In this document: positions 54,930 to 57,971 of the stretch, piece by piece
How the letters are laid out: the number at the start of each line of letters is the position of its first letter
How positions within the stretch are numbered: the stretch's first letter is position 1
Assembly: GCA_013115145.1 (NCBI GenBank)
Contig: JAAPAO010000172.1
Coordinates: 1-57,971 of the forward strand
Length of the DNA: 57,971 nucleotides
Direction: 5' to 3'
Source of the DNA: Perkinsus chesapeaki ATCC PRA-425
Taxonomy: Eukaryota; Protista; Perkinsozoa
Notes under the pieces: model-generated
What the model was told of the DNA's origin: nothing
The model's input: the letters and a program-made list of their open reading frames with translations, nothing else
The model's database searches: none
Program-made: the position numbers and the translations under genes

Positions 54930-57535
54930 ATGCGGTCCTACACCAGCAGCCCTCAAGCAGTGGCAGCTGCCCTGGATGGGCCTATCATTCACCTTAGCAG
55001 CAGCAGTAGCGATAGCATCTGCAGTAACACTAGCACTTCATCGCCATCTATCGCCTCGCCCGCGGGCTCCGCCTCGACGCTGTCCTCCCCAATCAGCGAC
55101 AGACGGGAGAGCCCCTGCCGTGCTGCGCTAGAGAGAAGCAAGGAAATTATTATTATTGGGGGCTCGCTGGGAAAGAGGGCCATGATAAAGGCACATCTTC
55201 AGAAAGTAAATATGACCTCTGTCAGTTGCGTGGTCATGGGTAATGTTGTCAGTACTTCCCAGACGTTCACGAGGTCTGGATCTCACCACATGATATCTAT
55301 AGGCATGGAAGGACGATGAGCTCGCCGGTAAGGTCAAAAGGCTCGGTGAGTTGGTTGAAAACGGCGATCGATTACTCAGGCCAGACCAGAGAAGTCCAAC
55401 CCAGGGAATCTTGGGTTACCAACATACGCTCAGCAAGCGCAGCAACAGCAACCGCACGCATTTGTCGACTACAGTGGAGTGTTTGATTGTATTGAGAAGG
55501 ATCTTATTATAAGGTCGGTGCCTCGGGTATATGCGACTCAGGTTATCACAGTTGTCATTCTTGTTCATTGTATATCACGTCCCTCTATGTTGAGGATCCG
55601 CAATATTATAATGGCTGGCATCGGTGCTCTAGCTTACCTCATGAGCGTGGGCAGTGAGCCTTATACGGCTTCTGGAAGGTCGCAAGTGTATAGCCGTTAT
55701 TCTGGTGAAGCCGAAGTGGCACCCCCAATTGCATATCACTTTATTACTGCTGACTTGTACCGGTCACTCCCCCGCATACTGCATTTCAGATCTCAATCGT
55801 CTGACATCATAGGCATCATACCAATGCTCGATGCGTTTGTGCCCTTCGCCGATCGACTCTGCGCCGCACTCGGACTGAGCCACTGTGGCAACAGCCCTCT
55901 CACTAGCGATCATCGAGTGAGTGTCACACTGCTGAGCAGCGGAAGTTACCCCACTTCAGAATGACAAGAGCCTCATGCAGAAGTGTCTGGCAAGGAGCGG
56001 CCTCCGCCATTGCGAGAGCCGATGCTTCACGACTGCCGATGCAGCTCTGGCATGGCGGCAGCCTTCTCGCGCTTCCCCATTGGTGGTGAAACCAGTCAAC
56101 AGTGGGGGCTGTGACGGCGTATGTGTGTAGGAAGCGAATAGGGCGAATTCATGGATAAGCGAATGAAGCTGCATAGGTGCATCACGGAGGAAGATGTCAG
56201 AGGGGCTTTCTCTGAGAACATGTATCGAACCAATGCTGAGAGACTCACCAATGAAAAAATGGTTGTGCAGGAGTAAGAATGAGCGCAGAAGATACACGCT
56301 TATAACTGTGTAGGTTCCTCGGAGCTGTCGGCCTTGACCCGACCCCGGCGACTCTTAGAAGGAAGCGGTCGAAGCCAGGAGACGTCTGTGAAGGGGAGTA
56401 AGCGATTCCAGTATAGTTGGGCGAAAGCACAGTCCGTCAGGGACTCCTCCTCCTCATGTTATGGTGACCCCAGTTCTCATAATGGGAAGAGCAGCACCGC
56501 TTGCTGGGAGTACATAGTGAACACAGTGTCCCTGGATGGTCACCACCTCACCACTGATATTTGGCGTGGACCTCCTAAGGCCAAGATCGGATGCACTGAA
56601 TGTCTTTACGACACACAGGTATGCTCCGGCACCTTCACTGCTACGCCTAGACCAGCTTGGTGTTTTAGGAATGTGTCTCATGGTCTGATTGTCCTCCTGA
56701 AGTCACTGATTATGCATTCAAGGTTTTAGATGCCACGGGAGTGCGCAATGGTGCTGCCCACACGGAACTAATGCATCGCATAGGTAGGCCTAGCTCTAGC
56801 CCTGTGGGCTCGCGGTCATAATGCTCTCAGGCGATGACGTTTGTTTGATTGAAGTCAATGCCAGGGTTGCAGGTGAAGTTCGTGGAGGTAAGCAAACTGT
56901 AGGGGAAACGATATCGTAGTGTTCCTGTTGTAGTTCTTTGCCGCTAGTTAGTGCTTCTCGACTCATGATGCATTTGCAACTCGGTATCGTCCCTTCAGAT
57001 CTTTTACGACGATCTGCGCTGCCGACAGATCAGCTTTACTGGTTATTATTATCATTCATTAAACCAGCTGAGTTCTTGGAAGCCGCACGCACCTATCGTC
57101 CAGAAGCCGACTTCAGCATCACAGCGCTCTTCCTTCAATGCCATGAGGAAGGTGTCTTGTTCGCCGTCGGCCACATAATCAATTTGTCCCATCGCAGGCC
57201 CACTTTCGATCTCTCTTCACAACTTATACACCATCACGCAGCGTACACAGTTCTGTCGGTTTGGTCGAGCGCTCTCTCCACTGAATCAAGCTGCGCCTTT
57301 TGAAGACGAGGAACGTTTTGTAAAAGCCGCGGATGCGGTACCGCGGATGCATAATTTGTGGAAGACTCATGATTTAATATCCTCGCCGGGTGAGCTAGTA
57401 CAAGTAGCGCCTAAATTCCAGTGCTAGTTTCCAGGGGTGATTATAATGAGGAGCGAAAAGACGAGTTCAGGCCGGCAGGAGCTGGCCAGACTGGCTTCTA
57501 GGATACGCAAATCTGAACAGGATGGGTCGCTGTAG
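54930..57535 (+). CDS. ATP-grasp ligase of the bacterial NikS / L-amino-acid-ligase type, intron-rich (end approximate)
   Basis: IIPMLDAFVPFADRLCAALGL..GNS, DKSLMQKCL, PLVVKPVNSGGCDGV, EYIVNTVSLDGHHLTTDIW, GAAHTEL, LIEVNARVAG, DQLYWLL, KTHDLISSPG. Confidence 0.85.
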
Positions 57536-57971
57536 GTGGAGGATTGCAGCATCGCATTCAGTTTCTTGAGTCCCAGGTACATTCCGAACCTTCGGCAGTC
57601 GCCCATTAAGCTCCAATTCTGGCGAAAGTGTCACTAGTTGAACAGGCTGTTGGTCTCCGTTCTTATCATTCAGTTATTGCTCAATGCTATGTATAATTAA
57701 ATCTTGACTTGGTACTCAGGCTTGCCTTACCACGGCAAAATCCTGCCGTAATTTTCTTATCATTGAACGTTTACAACGCAGTAACGTGTTGAATTACTCT
57801 AGTTTCATATGGCAAAAGAACCATGAACTTACCATGTACACGACTAAAGAAAATGGAGTTGGCTGCGGTGTCCTGCCTACTTTAAAGTCTTGAGTCTACT
57901 ACACCATTTCAAGATCTAATTAGTAAAAGCCAAGACCAAATTAGTTAACGCCCAGAACAAATTAATATAGC

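Noticed and set aside
51527-57535. PDX2 plus ATP-grasp as a metabolic gene cluster
   Set aside because: No PDX1 or other pathway gene is in the window, and unrelated housekeeping genes are equally tightly packed here.

Overview
Gene-dense eukaryotic nuclear DNA with many short (about 40-70 nt) GT-AG introns. The gene content and style point to an alveolate protist, most likely a Perkinsus-like myzozoan (inference from gene style, no database search). The supplied ORF track fragments most genes, so I spliced exons by hand. Left to right: a decaying tRNA-Ser tandem array fused to a DD37D (maT-type) Tc1/mariner relic; a GCNA/ACRC-like SprT protease; a secreted protein with two saposin-like domains; an EF-hand+JmjC protein; a Cys-less mitochondrial thioredoxin-fold protein; two Cys-rich GPI-type paralogues; a tRNA-Arg(ACG) nested antisense in an intron; an acylated PP2C; MOG1 with a 721-nt structured intron; a WD40-less UTP5-like gene; an alpha/beta hydrolase with a UIM; two tandem multi-TM + LRR-like genes; two PAM2-motif paralogues; a small mitochondrial membrane protein; SPF27/BCAS2; phosphatidylserine synthase; PDX2; and an intron-rich bacterial-type ATP-grasp ligase. 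Two AT-rich minisatellites (21 and 36 bp units) each contain an assembly gap. I saw no rRNA, CRISPR or spliced-leader gene. Gene ends marked approximate are not resolved.
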